Shown: positions 1 to 35,184 of the stretch, in pieces
Position numbering within the stretch: position 1 is the first letter of the stretch
Layout: each line of letters begins with the position of its first letter
NCBI RefSeq assembly: GCF_009914755.1
Contig: NC_060926.1
Source: the human T2T-CHM13v2.0 reference genome, Homo sapiens
Length of the DNA stretch: 64,000 nt
Strand: one strand, 5' to 3'
Notes under the pieces: generated by a model
Database searches by the model: none
Told to the model about the DNA's origin: nothing
Seen by the model: the letters and a program-made list of their open reading frames with translations, nothing else
Program-made: the position numbers and the translations under genes

Positions 1-45
1 GCTGGAACTTGTCTCTATTAAAAACAAAACAAAACAAAAACCTTA

Positions 46-417
<372 letters not shown>

Positions 418-789
418 TCAGATTCCCTGCTGATAAGAAATTAAATCCTTATCCCCATCATCCTTTCGGAGTCTCTCAGAGAATCTGCACCAGGACAAGG
501 GCTGGGCAGTGCTGTGCGCCTCTGCGGGAAGGTGAGCCCAGAGGCTGGGTGTACAGCTGCTAGTTTGTTTTGCTGGGGGTTAAACTTGGTGTTGCTGGAG
601 CATTCCCCAGAGGTTACGATCAGAATTGCTTCCATGCTGCAGGGCTGATTTACTGTGAAGGGGTAGGGTTGTTGCAGGACTGGTTTCCCAGGCTCTCTGG
701 AACGCCTGGTCTCTGGCCAGGAGGCAGCCTGGAGCCTCAGTGCAAGGAGGATCCCTCCCCTACCCCAGGTAGGGCCACTCCCACACATG

Positions 790-1660
790 TGCACACCCAC
801 ACTCATACCCCACATAGGCACAGGCAGGCTTACTCCCACCTATGCTCACACACACACTCATACCCCCACAAAGGCACAGGCAGGCGCTTACACACCCCAT
901 GCGCGCACACACACTCATACCCCCACATAGGCACAGGCAGGCTCTACTCCCACCCGTGCGCACACACACTCATACCCCTCACATAGGCACAGGCAGGTGC
1001 TCACACACACGTGCGCACACACACTCATGCCCCCCACGTAGGCACAGGCAGGCGCTCACACACACATGCGCACACACACTCATACCCCCACATAGGCACA
1101 GGCAGGCTCGCTCTCACCCATGCACGCACACACACACTCATACCCCCCACAAAGGCACAGGCAGGCACTCACACACACATGCGTGCACACACATACACAC
1201 TCATACCCCCACATAGGTACAGGCAGGCGCTCACTCACACATGCGCACACACACTCATACCCCCACATAGGCACAGGCAGGCGCTCACACACACATGCGT
1301 GCACACACACACACACACTCATACCCCCACATAGGCACAGGCAGGCGCTCACACACACATGCGTGCACACACACACACACACTCATACCCCCACATAGGC
1401 ACAGGCAGGCGCTCACACACACATGCGCACACACACACACACTCATACCCGCACATAGGCACAGGCAGGCTCACTCCCACCCATGCTCACACACCCACAC
1501 TCATACTCCCCACAAAGGCACAGGCAGGCTCGCTCTCACCCATGCACGCACACACACACTCATACCCCCCACAAAGGCACAGGCAGGTGCTCTCACACAC
1601 TTGCACACACACACACTCCTACCTCCCAGATGCACAGGCAGGGCCACTCACACATGTTCA
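790..1660. repeat. Minisatellite/VNTR, about 15 copies of a ~56-62 bp unit (CACACACTCATACCCCCACATAGGCACAGGCAGG...) in CNNM4 intron 1
   Basis: GGCACAGGCAGG core recurs about every 56-62 bp from ~817 to ~1640; length variation lies in the internal (CA)n tracts. Confidence 0.95.
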
Positions 1661-1935
1661 CACCCACCTGCTAACCCCCCATGTGCACACACAGGCTCGC
1701 AAACGCCCACATTTATGCATACATGGACTGTCACCAGGAGTCCTGCCTTAAACCGAAACCTATTTCTCATGAAACTTTCCCAAGAGTTAGAAGTCAGTTT
1801 CAAAAATTAGTAAATGCTTGTACAGTGTGATTTATTTCATGAAATGCTCAAAATAGTGACTTTCTCTTCAGCTGCTAGTGATCTGGTCATCCACATTGAA
1901 GACTGTGTCCCCCTCAGACCTCATGGTGAGGACTA

Positions 1936-8910
<6,975 letters not shown>

Positions 8911-8914
8911 TGTT

Positions 8915-10430
<1,516 letters not shown>

Positions 10431-10469
10431 CCATGTTGCCCAGGCTGTTCTGGAACTCCTGGGAAGGCT

Positions 10470-16925
<6,456 letters not shown>

Positions 16926-18329
16926 GAGTCTAGCGAGTATAGAGTGTATGGCCTGCCTGCTGGGCCACCGCAGCCTTCTGGTCTTCTGGCCTTTGCCTGG
17001 ACTGACTGCCCTGACTGCCAGCTGTGTCTCTGGGAGGAAGGGAGCAACATAGATGAGCCCTGTTTAGGATTATGGATGAACCCAGCTGCCCTCCCCGAGG
17101 CTAGAGGGCAGGGGCTTGTCACTCTGGCTGGTTCCTCTCCTGCCCTGGCTCTGCCTTCTTGCTGGGCTGGCTGCCACTCATCCCGGTGGTTGAGGTCAGC
17201 ACTATTAATAGCCAGCTTAATCCTGCGGGAGCTTGGGTGAAGGGAGGAAAGAGCAGAGAATCGCCAAGAAATCAGGGTGCTCAGCTATCTGCAGGTGTGG
17301 ACCCAGGGCCCAAGCCTGTGGCTTCCAGTCAGTCCAGCCCGCACCTCTCCCATGGGAGGGCCTGAGAGCGCGGGAACATCCTGGGCCCCTGGGATCTCAG
17401 AGGCTGGACCTTCCTGGGAGACTCATTGAGTAAGATGCAGAGGACTCCTTCTTGGGTGGTGGGAGTCCCTGGTCTGCTCTGGGGCCCCTGGCTTTTCCCC
17501 ATGAGAAAAAGCAGCTGGAGCTGGTGAGTAGGGCCCTCTCATGGCCCCTGTGGACTTTGTAACCCAGCACCTATAATACGGTTTTCTTAAGGACTTCAAG
17601 GGGCTGTAAAGTCTTTTTTTATGGAGGGCGGGGAAGGAGGACGCAGCAGTTTGCTAAAATGGGCATTGTGCAGGGTGGGGCCATCCTTTCTGTATCCAGC
17701 AGGGGTGTGGAGCACCTGCTGTGCTAGGCATAGTGGGAGGGGTTGGGGTAGCATGGCGAGGAGCGAGGGCACTACTCAGGCCTCGCCAGGCTGCAGCCTG
17801 GTCAGTGGGAGATAGACGCCGGTCAGCCGATGGCACAGAGCTGTGAAGGGAAGAAATGGGTCGGGATCCAGGGCCCTAAAAGACAACATGGCTAACACCC
17901 AGGGCTAACGTTTGAGCCCAGGGCAGAAGGATAAAGAGGTGACACGGAGGCTGGGGAGCAGGAGGAGCTGTGAGGGACTCAGGCAGGGCTGGGATCCTCC
18001 TTGCCCTTGTGCCAGCTGTGAGGGAGGCTGAGGCTGGCACCTGTGGTCTGCCCAGCCCTCCGGGGTTTCTGGAGGCCTCACATGGTGTTCTTTGACTGTG
18101 GAGGGCACGGTCCCACCTGGCTGCTGCTGGACAGAGGTCGCTGGAGGGCAGAGTGGGCAAGCATGCCGCCAGGCAAAGCCTGGAGAAGACAGTGGGGACA
18201 GCCAGGGTGCCAGGAACCTTCTTTCTGGACCCCCTTTCTTGCAGTGCTTGGAAAGGGCTTGGGGAGGCTCAGGAACCCTGAAGTCCCAGAGGAAGCGGTA
18301 TTAGAATTTTATTTTATTTTATTAGTTAA

Positions 18330-22610
<4,281 letters not shown>

Positions 22611-23523
22611 AACAGAGAGAGGCCAGCAGCCTTTCACTGTGAGGGAACCTTTCGTTGGTCAGGATTTGGTCTGAGCCTGTGGAGTAATTAGGGATGTGAA
22701 TGTAGTGGAGAGGTTGTTTTCTGACTTTGGGGGTCTGAACAAGGTTCTGCTCACTGAACCTTGTCAAAGAACACACCCCCATTCCCTGGGGCTCGATCTG
22801 TGGCAGTAAAAAGCACAGAGGGCCCTTGTCCACCCTAGAGACTCTCACCAGTTTCCCTTTGTTCTCCTTAATTTTGTTTTCCCCCTTAATTTTGTCTCAG
22901 TTTTGTTTTTAAATTATAAAAGTAAAACATGCCCATCAAATATAACAGTATAGAAGGGTATATAGAGAGGCAAAATAGCCTCCTCCCCAAACTCCAAATA
23001 CCCCCAAAGGTGACCACTCTTACTACTTCTGGACGCTTCCAGGGCAGTTCAAGCCCACACACGCCTTTGTTTCTGTGAAGGCAGATGGCTCCATGCATTC
23101 TGTTCCGTGACTTGCTCTTTCACTAATAGCGTATCTTGGATTTCGTTCCGCGCTTTATTCATCCACCTCTGCCGTGTTCTCCCTTGAGTAGCTGTGGCCC
23201 CTTTTGAGTCCCTGTGCCCTATTGCTATTGCTTTAGGTTGTTTCTGGTTTGGGGCTGTTAAAAAGAATGTTGCCAAGAGCCCCCTTCTCTTGTGTCTTTT
23301 GTGAAGGTTGCCTCTCCCTAGGGTGAGTTCCTAGAAGTGGACCTTCTAAGTCCAAGGTTAGGAACCCTTGATTTTGTGACATCCTGACCAACTGGCCCCC
23401 TGAAATGTACCCTTTTACCTGGCCACCAACCAGATACATGTGAGGGCCTGTTTGTCTTCCCCATCCTCCACCATAACTGGGCATTACCAGGCTTTTTAGA
23501 GGGTGCCCATCTGGAAGGGGGTA

Positions 23524-23756
23524 CAGGTTGGGCATCCCGAATCCAAAAATCCAAAATCCCAAATGCTCCAAAATCCAAAACTTTTTGAGTACCAACATGA
23601 TGCTCAAAAGAAATGCTCATTGGAGCATTTTGTAGTTCAGATTTTCAGATTTGGGATGCCCAATGGCGTGTATTCTGCAAATATTCCAAAATCCAAAAAA
23701 ATCTGAAATCTGAAACACTTCTGATCCCCAGTGAGGAATAAGGGATACTCAGCCTG
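23524..23756. mobile_element. Tigger4a/MER46A-like non-autonomous DNA transposon
   Basis: Terminal inverted repeats CAGGTTGGGCATCCC ... GGGATACTCAGCCTG; internal AAATCCAAAATCC repeats and palindromic AATGCTC/GAGCATTT. Confidence 0.8.
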
Positions 23757-24624
23757 TCAAAGCTGCCTTGCTTTAATTCCCATCCCCATGTGGTGACATG
23801 GTTTAGCTAGATGCCCAGGCCCTTCCAGGCACTGTCTTTCTGGAGGGCACTCCTGTATGGACAGCCTCCAGCAGGCACAGAGGCCTGGGGGCGGACCCCA
23901 GGGTCCCGGCCTGGCCCGCTGCCGCCCTGCTGGAGGGCCTCACAGATCTCTTGAACTTGTTGGCTCATCTCTAGGAAGATACTGGGGTATTTTCAATCGA
24001 GTCCAGCCATGGCTTTGTCTAGCAAGACGCTAAATGTTTTTTGACCAGAACCTGTAGTGGGAAATACATATATCATAGCCCCTGGCATGTGTGTGAAAAA
24101 CTTTCACAATGCAGTACCCCCCCCCCCATCACATGGGGTGTATTGTGAGAATTTTTACTTTAGTCATGAGACCTCACATTCTCTCTGCTCTCCCTAAGAG
24201 GCCCTTAGAAGTTCTTAACAGCCCATCTTGGGCTGGGGGATTTTCTGTGGCCTTAAAGACCTGGAAAACATCCTCCACCGAGGGTATTTAGGATGAGTTC
24301 TTTAGTCCCTAGAGCGAGGCCCTTGGATTGTGAAGGGGAAGCCATGCAGAAGACCCTGACTTGACCTTCCCAGATTTCCGGGGGCCTTTCTTCCTAGGCT
24401 GCTCCAAACCTGTGTTCCTGCGAGTGGGGTATGGCACACAGGACTCATTCCACCTAGACTGTGGACCTAGCCCTTCTTGGCTGGACCCTCTTGCCACTCA
24501 TGGGGCTGGGGCCATAAGAACAGGGTGTGGCCTTCAAAAAGGGGTCTGGGAAGACCCACCACCCCACAGGGTTTCTGTGGAGGGTCCTGCCCCATGCCAG
24601 CCTCCTTCCCTCACTTTGGGTTGA

Positions 24625-25467
<843 letters not shown>

Positions 25468-25598
25468 TCATAAAAGCAATGTCTGTTTGCAGTAGAAACG
25501 TCAGGAAAGATGGAAAAGATAAAAACCACCATGACCCCATCCTGGTGACTTATGACCCTACGTCTAGAGTTAATGTTTTGGTTGAGGGAGTCTCATGA

Positions 25599-25949
<351 letters not shown>

Positions 25950-26096
25950 TGAGAGCAGTGCCCGGAGGCTGCCTTCACCCTCGGCCTTTGTGCCTCGGCG
26001 TCAGCCCAGGACCCTGCCAGCCAGAGCCTGCTGCTCCTGCGTGGGACTAGGGGCTGGAGAGCAGGAGCTGCGGGGCGGGTTCCAGTCTCTTCCTAA

Positions 26097-26468
<372 letters not shown>

Positions 26469-26537
26469 TAATGGGCGGCTACTGCAAACTTCTAGGAAGC
26501 ATCCAAGTTACTATATTTAATAGTTTGGGAAATAATG

Positions 26538-26880
26538 ACTAGGCACTATGGCTTATACCTGTAATCCCAGCACTTTGGGAGGCCGAGGCAGGAGGATTGC
26601 ATGAGCCCAGGAGTTCGAGACCAGCCTGAGCAACATGGCGAGACCCCATCTCTACAAAAAATACAAAAGCCAGGCATGGTGGTGCCCTCCTGTAGTCCCA
26701 GCTACTTGGGAGGCTATGAGGTGGGACAGTTGCATGTCTGTGGTCCCAGCTACTCAGGAGGCTGATGTGGGAGGACCGCTTGAGCCCAGGAGTTTGAAGC
26801 TGCAGTAAGTTGTGAATGCACCACTGCACTCAGCCTGGGCCACAGAACAAGATTCTGTCTCAAAAATAACAAAAAAGAAA
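26538..26880 (+). mobile_element. Sense Alu (AluJ-like, internally rearranged) in CNNM4 intron 3
   Basis: Alu consensus with a duplicated CCCAGCTACT segment and an A-rich tail. Confidence 0.85.
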
Positions 26881-26907
26881 ATAACCACTGAGGTGGGCCC
26901 CTAGGCT

Positions 26908-26983
26908 GGCCAGGCCCATCAGGGCTTGTGGAATGGGAAGGAGAAGGGACGCTTCCCCTTCTGCAGGCCTGCTGGGTGTGGCT
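26908..26983 (+). ncRNA. MIR3127: Intronic microRNA hairpin MIR3127 (5p ATCAGGGCTTGTGGAATGGGAAG 26918-26940; 3p TCCCCTTCTGCAGGCCTGCTGG 26954-26975)
   Basis: 76-nt sequence matches the recalled hsa-mir-3127 stem-loop; arms are complementary (CAGGGCTTGTGGAATGGGAAG vs CTTCCCCTTCTGCAGGCCTG). Confidence 0.88.
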
Positions 26984-27280
26984 GGACCCCTCGTGTGCTC
27001 ACCCACTCTGAGGAGCTTGCATCCAGCTCTGCTCTTACTCTCCAGCTCTCCCCTTTGCAGACGTGTGCTGGTTCCCGCAGGAATTCACTTCTAGTTCAGA
27101 GACATTTCTCTCTTTTCAGCCCTGATTCAAAGCTCCACTGGGGACTTGGGTGACAGGTTCTGCTCTGCCCGCTCTGTCCCCCTCTTCCCCTGGCCCAATT
27201 CATCTTCCTTCCCACCCCTTACTTGCTAAAGGGGTGGCAATTCCCTCTCCATTATTTTTCCTGTGGGATATTGATGCTGA

Positions 27281-28352
<1,072 letters not shown>

Positions 28353-29701
28353 TGAGCATGGGCCCGAGAGCTCATAGCCAGCTGGCTGGGGCAGAGGGAG
28401 GCTGGTGAGGCGGGAGCCGCCAGGGCCTGGAGCGGGTGGTGTGGAAGAGCAGAGGGAGCTGCCACTTTGGATGGGGTCCAGAAGCTGGAGGGGAAAAGAG
28501 GAGTGAGGGATTTTAGAGTAAAGGCCTGGAGGCAGCGGAGGGCATGTCCAGAGGTTGTGAGGAGACCAGCCTGCTTGGAGAGGAGGCCTGTGGGGAGGAA
28601 GGCCCAGGGCCCTGCTCCTGAGGACAGGAGGGGAGTCTGAGCATCCAAAGTGACTGGGGTCAGGAGCCAGGCCAGGGCCTGTTTGCCAGGGCAGGCTGCA
28701 GATGGGTTTGGCTTTTCGGAGGACGCGGCTACTGGGTTTTGGTTAGAGGTCAGCTCCGATGGAATAAAGGGCCTTGGGGACAGACAGAAGGGAGACTGGG
28801 CACCCTCCGAGAGGTGTTATGGAAGGTCCGGGGATGCGCCACTCTGGCCGCCCCAGTGCCCTCTCCTGTGCTGAGTGGCTCAGGCTTTCCCCGCAGAGCC
28901 CCACAGACAAGGCCCCGCAGGCCCAGGTCTCGCCAGCTCATCTCCTCGCTCCTCTCCAGGCTTCGGTCCTGGGGCGAGGTTGCTGCAGGGTAGAGAGAGA
29001 AAGTCCACTTTGGTGCTGGAGAACAGGCCACGCCAGTGGGGTACGAGCTGCAGCTCCCAGAGAACCTCTGTGCTGTGCCTCTCACTGTCCTTTGACAAAA
29101 AGGACCCCGAGGGGGAACGGGGGTAGGGCACCCATGAATACTGACACCCAGCTTGGCTTATCCACCATGTCCTCGGCCCCTCCACCAGATGAGTGGGGCA
29201 TGGCAGGCTCCCTGGGCAGGGGACAGACAGGGCCCCAGAGCGGGGCTCTGAGCAGGTTAACCCTATCAGATGCCTCAGGCCTGGGGATGACTTCCTGTGC
29301 CTCCAAGAGCAGCTGTTCTCTGTTCAGTTTGAGGAAATCTCATTCAGAAGGGCGGGCAGGCACGGGAGGCTTCCCCCAGGCACTGTTTGTGCAGTGAAGC
29401 CTCAGAGGCCCGGTTAGGGCCCAGGCTCTGTCCGTTGACCCATAGTCTCTCTGTTCCCACTTGGTGTGGCCAGAAGAGAGGGGAGATGACTGGGCACACT
29501 CAGCCAGCTTCTGCCTGTCTCCGCACAGGGCTCACCGCTGTGCCCTGAGCACCCTTCCCAGCAGAGCCATGTCCCTTTCTCCACTGGGCCCATCTCTGCC
29601 CAAAGCAGCCTGGCCCCGTCAGGTCTGCCTCTGTCCTGTGCCTGTGGTTCCGTGTCCTGTCTCCTGACTGCGCCCATCACTGACCTTCTCTTTTGCTCCA
29701 G

Positions 29702-29764
29702 TGCCTTCAGTCCAGGTCGGGTGTCCGCCTGGCAAGCGGAACTCCCTGCTCTGCTGGCTCACAG
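29702..29764 (+). CDS. CNNM4: Candidate in-frame 63-nt cassette exon of CNNM4 (VPSVQVGCPPGKRNSLLCWLT)
   Basis: Branch-point-like CTGAC at 29680, pyrimidine tract, CCAG acceptor, CAG|GTAACG donor, phase 1-1, no stop codon; not part of the canonical 775-aa form. Confidence 0.55.
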
Positions 29765-29979
29765 GTAACGTGGCACAGCTGAGGGTCACGCTGCCACCTG
29801 CTGCCTGTGCCTGCACACTGCAGCTGCATTAACCTCCCCACATGGACCCGGACCCCCGCCTGCTCAATGTGGGCCGCCAGACCTCAGTGGCTCTGCTTGG
29901 CTGGGGCCCAATTTCTAGGCAGCTTTGCTGCCTCAGCTCTAGAAGGGGCCCCCAAAGATCTCTTGGTGCTTGAGATCAC

Positions 29980-30890
29980 ACACTCATAGACACATACACA
30001 CAGAGACACACAGAGAGATACACATACAGATACACATAGCCATAGATACACGCAGAGACACACACAGTGAGAGACCACATGCAGAGAGACCGCACACACA
30101 GAGAGAGACCACACACACACAGAGACCACACACAGAGAGAGACCACACACAGAGATAGCACACACACAGAGAGACCACACACACACAGAGACCACACACA
30201 GAGATAGCACACACACAGAGAGACCACACACACAGAGACCACACACAGAGACCACACGCAGAGAGACCACACACATGCAGAGAGACCACACACACACACA
30301 CACAGAGACCACACGCAGAGAGACCACACACACGCAGAGAGACCACACACATGCAGAGACCACACACACCCAGAGACCACACACCCAGACACACACACAG
30401 ACAGAGATACTACAGACACCCATAGACAGAGATATCACACACAGAAACACACATGCAGATACACCCATAGACACACAGATGCCACAGAGGCATACACAGA
30501 GAAACACCCGTAGACACACCAGGATACACATACACACATAGATACACCACTCATAGACACACAAACACACACCCATAGGCACACACCCATAGGCACACAC
30601 ACAAAGAGACACACACAGACACACACCCATGGACACACACACACACAGAAGCACCCACCCATAGGCACACACACAGACACACACAGATACACATCCATAG
30701 ACACACAGACACACAGGTATATATACACAGATACACCCATAGACACACAAACACAGAGACACACAGATACCACACACAGACACACACAGATACACCCATA
30801 GACACACACACACACAGATACCACACACTGAAACACACATCCATAGACACATACACACAGAAACACAACCACAGACACACACACATGCAC
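29980..30890. repeat. Degenerate CA/GA-rich tandem repeat (units such as ACACAGAGAGACCAC and ACACCCATAGACACAC)
   Basis: Directly visible low-complexity tandem structure; source of the spurious Val/Cys and His/Thr ORFs. Confidence 0.92.
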
Positions 30891-32051
30891 ACCCAGAGGA
30901 TAGGCTGGGAGTGGAGGGTTGCTCCTGGCCCAGCCAAGTGAGCACCGGCCAGCCTGCTGCCCTCCACGGCCAAGAGGAGACGCACCCCAGCGGGTAAGCA
31001 CTTCCTGCTCCAGGCCACCCACACACCGTGTCAGGGTGACTTGTCATCTCATCAGCTTTCTCTAAAAGACTTTCCGATTTTCTTCACAAGCTTTGCTTCC
31101 CGTTCAGCTGCTGGCCCAGTAGGCAACTGCGAGGCCATGAGGGGCATGGCCCCGGGTCAGACTGCCTAGTCAAGAGCCACCTCCACAGTTGCTGGCTAAA
31201 TGATAGTCTTTGTTTCTGCTTTCCCCTCTGTGAAATGGGAACAATGCGTGTACCCCCTTCATAAGAGTTATCAGGAGAGTACGTGAGAGAATTCATGTAA
31301 AATGTTGAGTTAGAGCTCAATTATTATTATTTCTGTTTTTTCCTGATTACAATGAAAATGTGGTGTTCCAACCAGAAAGTCTTTCAGGAAAGGCCAGTGC
31401 CATATGCTGCTTCTGGCCTTGGATGTGTCATGCTCCTGATGCCTGTCCGGGGAGTCGGTGGGAATAGGGTCAGACTCATTCAGCTTGAGGCTTGCTGGGA
31501 TTCCCGTGTGCAACCAGGCCGCAGAGGGCACAGGACGGTGCTGGTCTCATCAGGTGTGGCCTGTGCCCATCAGGAGCAGCACCAGCATCTTTCAGCTCCT
31601 CACACCCCAACTGCCCTAAAAACCCGTCACCTCAGCCCGGGGATATCCATTTTACATTTGTACAGCTGGGCCTTCTTCCATCTGAACTGTTCCAAGGTAT
31701 ACTCTGCTATTTTGACCCTCTGTTTAATAAATAAATAAGTAGATGAAAAGGTGACTTAGAAGCAGTTACTCCCTGTCCCTTTCAAACCTCCCCAGTGTGA
31801 CCTCAGCCTCCCTCCCCTCCTCTGGGCTTGCTCTGGTTTCATGGATGGCCGGGAGGTGATGCACCTGTGGTTTGAATCCTGAGAGCAGGTGTGCCCTCAT
31901 TGATTAATTCTCCACTTTACGCTTTATGCATATTCATGGGGGTCTTTATTATAAACAATACCATGATATAAACTTTTTTATGCAAAAAAGCAAAAAACTT
32001 TCCCTGTGTTTAAGGTTATGTCCTTAGGATATCCTTTCAACAATGAAATTA

Positions 32052-33640
<1,589 letters not shown>

Positions 33641-34052
33641 ATTCAGTTGAAAAAGAAAATAAATTGTTTATTTTAAAAATAAAATTCAGTTCCTGTTTCT
33701 AGAGTGTTAGCATTAATTAAAAGCATTCCATCATTCAGATAGCTATGTGAAGTATTAAGTAATACCCCTAGTATTTCTGCTTTTCCTAGAACTTAATCAG
33801 AGATGTTACTCATTAGATACTTGCACTTGATCCTCTAATGATCCTCTAAAATATTTCCTGTTCTTGCATGGGAATACCACAACCTCATCATAGAATGGCC
33901 AGTTTCCTGAGAAACTATAAACTATAAACTGTAAACTAGGAAACTGTAGTTTCCTAGTTTTATAAATAAAAATCAAAGCTTTACTTAAGCACAAAGATAG
34001 AGTATTACTCAGTTTAGTCTCTGTTGTTATACCCTGGCTTCTTTTCAGTTTT

Positions 34053-34814
34053 TTTTTTTTTTTTTTTTTATTATTTTTTTTTAAATTTATTTTTTTATTG
34101 ATAATTCTTGGGTGTTTCTCACAGAGGGGTATTTGGCAGGGTCATGGGACAATAGTGGAGGGAAGGTCAGCAGATAAACAAGTGAACAAAGGTCTCTGGT
34201 TTTCCTAGGCAGAGGACCCTGCGGCCTTCCGCAGTGTTTGTGTCCCTGATTACTTGAGATTAGGGATTGGTGATGACTCTTAACGAGCATGCTGCCTTCA
34301 AGCATCTGTTTAACAAAGCACATCTTGCACCGCCCTTAATCCATTTAACCCTGAGTGGACACAGCACATGTTTCAGAGAGCACAGGGTTGGGGGTAAGGT
34401 CACAGATCAACAGGATCCCAAGGCAGAGGAATTTTTCTTAGTGTAGAACAAAATGAAAAGTCTCCCATGTCTACTTCTTTCCACACAGACACGGCAACCA
34501 TCCGATTTCTCAATCTTTTCCCCACCTTTCCCGCCTTTCTATTCCACAAAGCCACCATTGTCATCCTGGCCCGTTCTCAATGAGCTGTTGGGTACACCTC
34601 CCAGACGGGGTGGTGGCCGGGCAGAGGGGCTCCTCACTTCCCAGTAGGGGCGGCCGGGCAGAGGCGCCCCTCACCTCCCGGACGGGGCGGCTGGCCGGGC
34701 AGGGGGGCTGACCCCCCCCAACCTCCCTCCCGGAGGGGGCGGCTGGCCGGGCGGGGGGCTGACCCCCCCACCGCCCTCCCGGACGGGGCGGCTGGCCGGG
34801 CGGGGGGCTGACAC
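34053..34814 (-). mobile_element. 5'-truncated SVA retrotransposon (poly(A), SINE-R, partial VNTR), antisense to CNNM4
   Basis: Poly(T), SINE-R text (GGAGGGAAGGTCAGCAGATAAACAAGTGAACAAAGG...), VNTR units GGGGCGGCTGGCCGGGCGGGGGGCTGACCCCCC; 15-bp TSD CTTCTTTTCAGTTTT at 34038-34052 and 34815-34829. Confidence 0.95.
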
Positions 34815-35135
34815 CTTCTTTTCAGTTTTATGAAAATAATTAGATGTTTTAGGAACATGAAATTACTAGCTTTCCAGCTAAAATGTTCTCAAATCTACAA
34901 AATACAGAGCTACATAAACATGAAACCACTTTTGATAACGTCAGTCATAAAGACTTGAACTCAGACTTCTCTCTCTTTTTTTTTTATTTAATTAGATCTT
35001 GGGTTCAGAGTTGAATTAATGATTATCCTCAGTTCACGACCCACTAAGACCTTACTAGGTCCCTCTTTTGTCTCATTTAATTTTTATTTTCCCCTTTGTT
35101 CTTCATCTCTACTCTTCTTCCTTCCCTAGCTATCC

Positions 35136-35136
<1 letters not shown>

Positions 35137-35180
<44 letters not shown>

Positions 35181-35184
35181 GCGC
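35137..35184. repeat. (AC)15(GC)9 compound microsatellite
   Basis: 48 bp of uninterrupted purine-pyrimidine alternation. Confidence 0.95.

Noticed and set aside
790-1660. Regularly spaced direct repeats resembling a CRISPR array, plus many His/Thr- and Val/Cys-rich ORFs
   Set aside because: The inter-repeat segments are variants of the same sequence rather than unique spacers, there are no cas genes, and this is a human intron. The ORFs are translations of the minisatellite.
28774-29397. 207-aa intronic ORF
   Set aside because: GC-rich intron, non-ATG start, no recognisable domain
29884-31047. 387-aa Val/Cys-rich minus-strand ORF that looks metallothionein- or membrane-like
   Set aside because: Translation of the (TG)-rich strand of a low-complexity repeat, which lacks stops because of its composition
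34087-34858. ORFs MCFVKQMLEGSMLVKSHHQ... and neighbours
   Set aside because: Standard SVA SINE-R and VNTR translations
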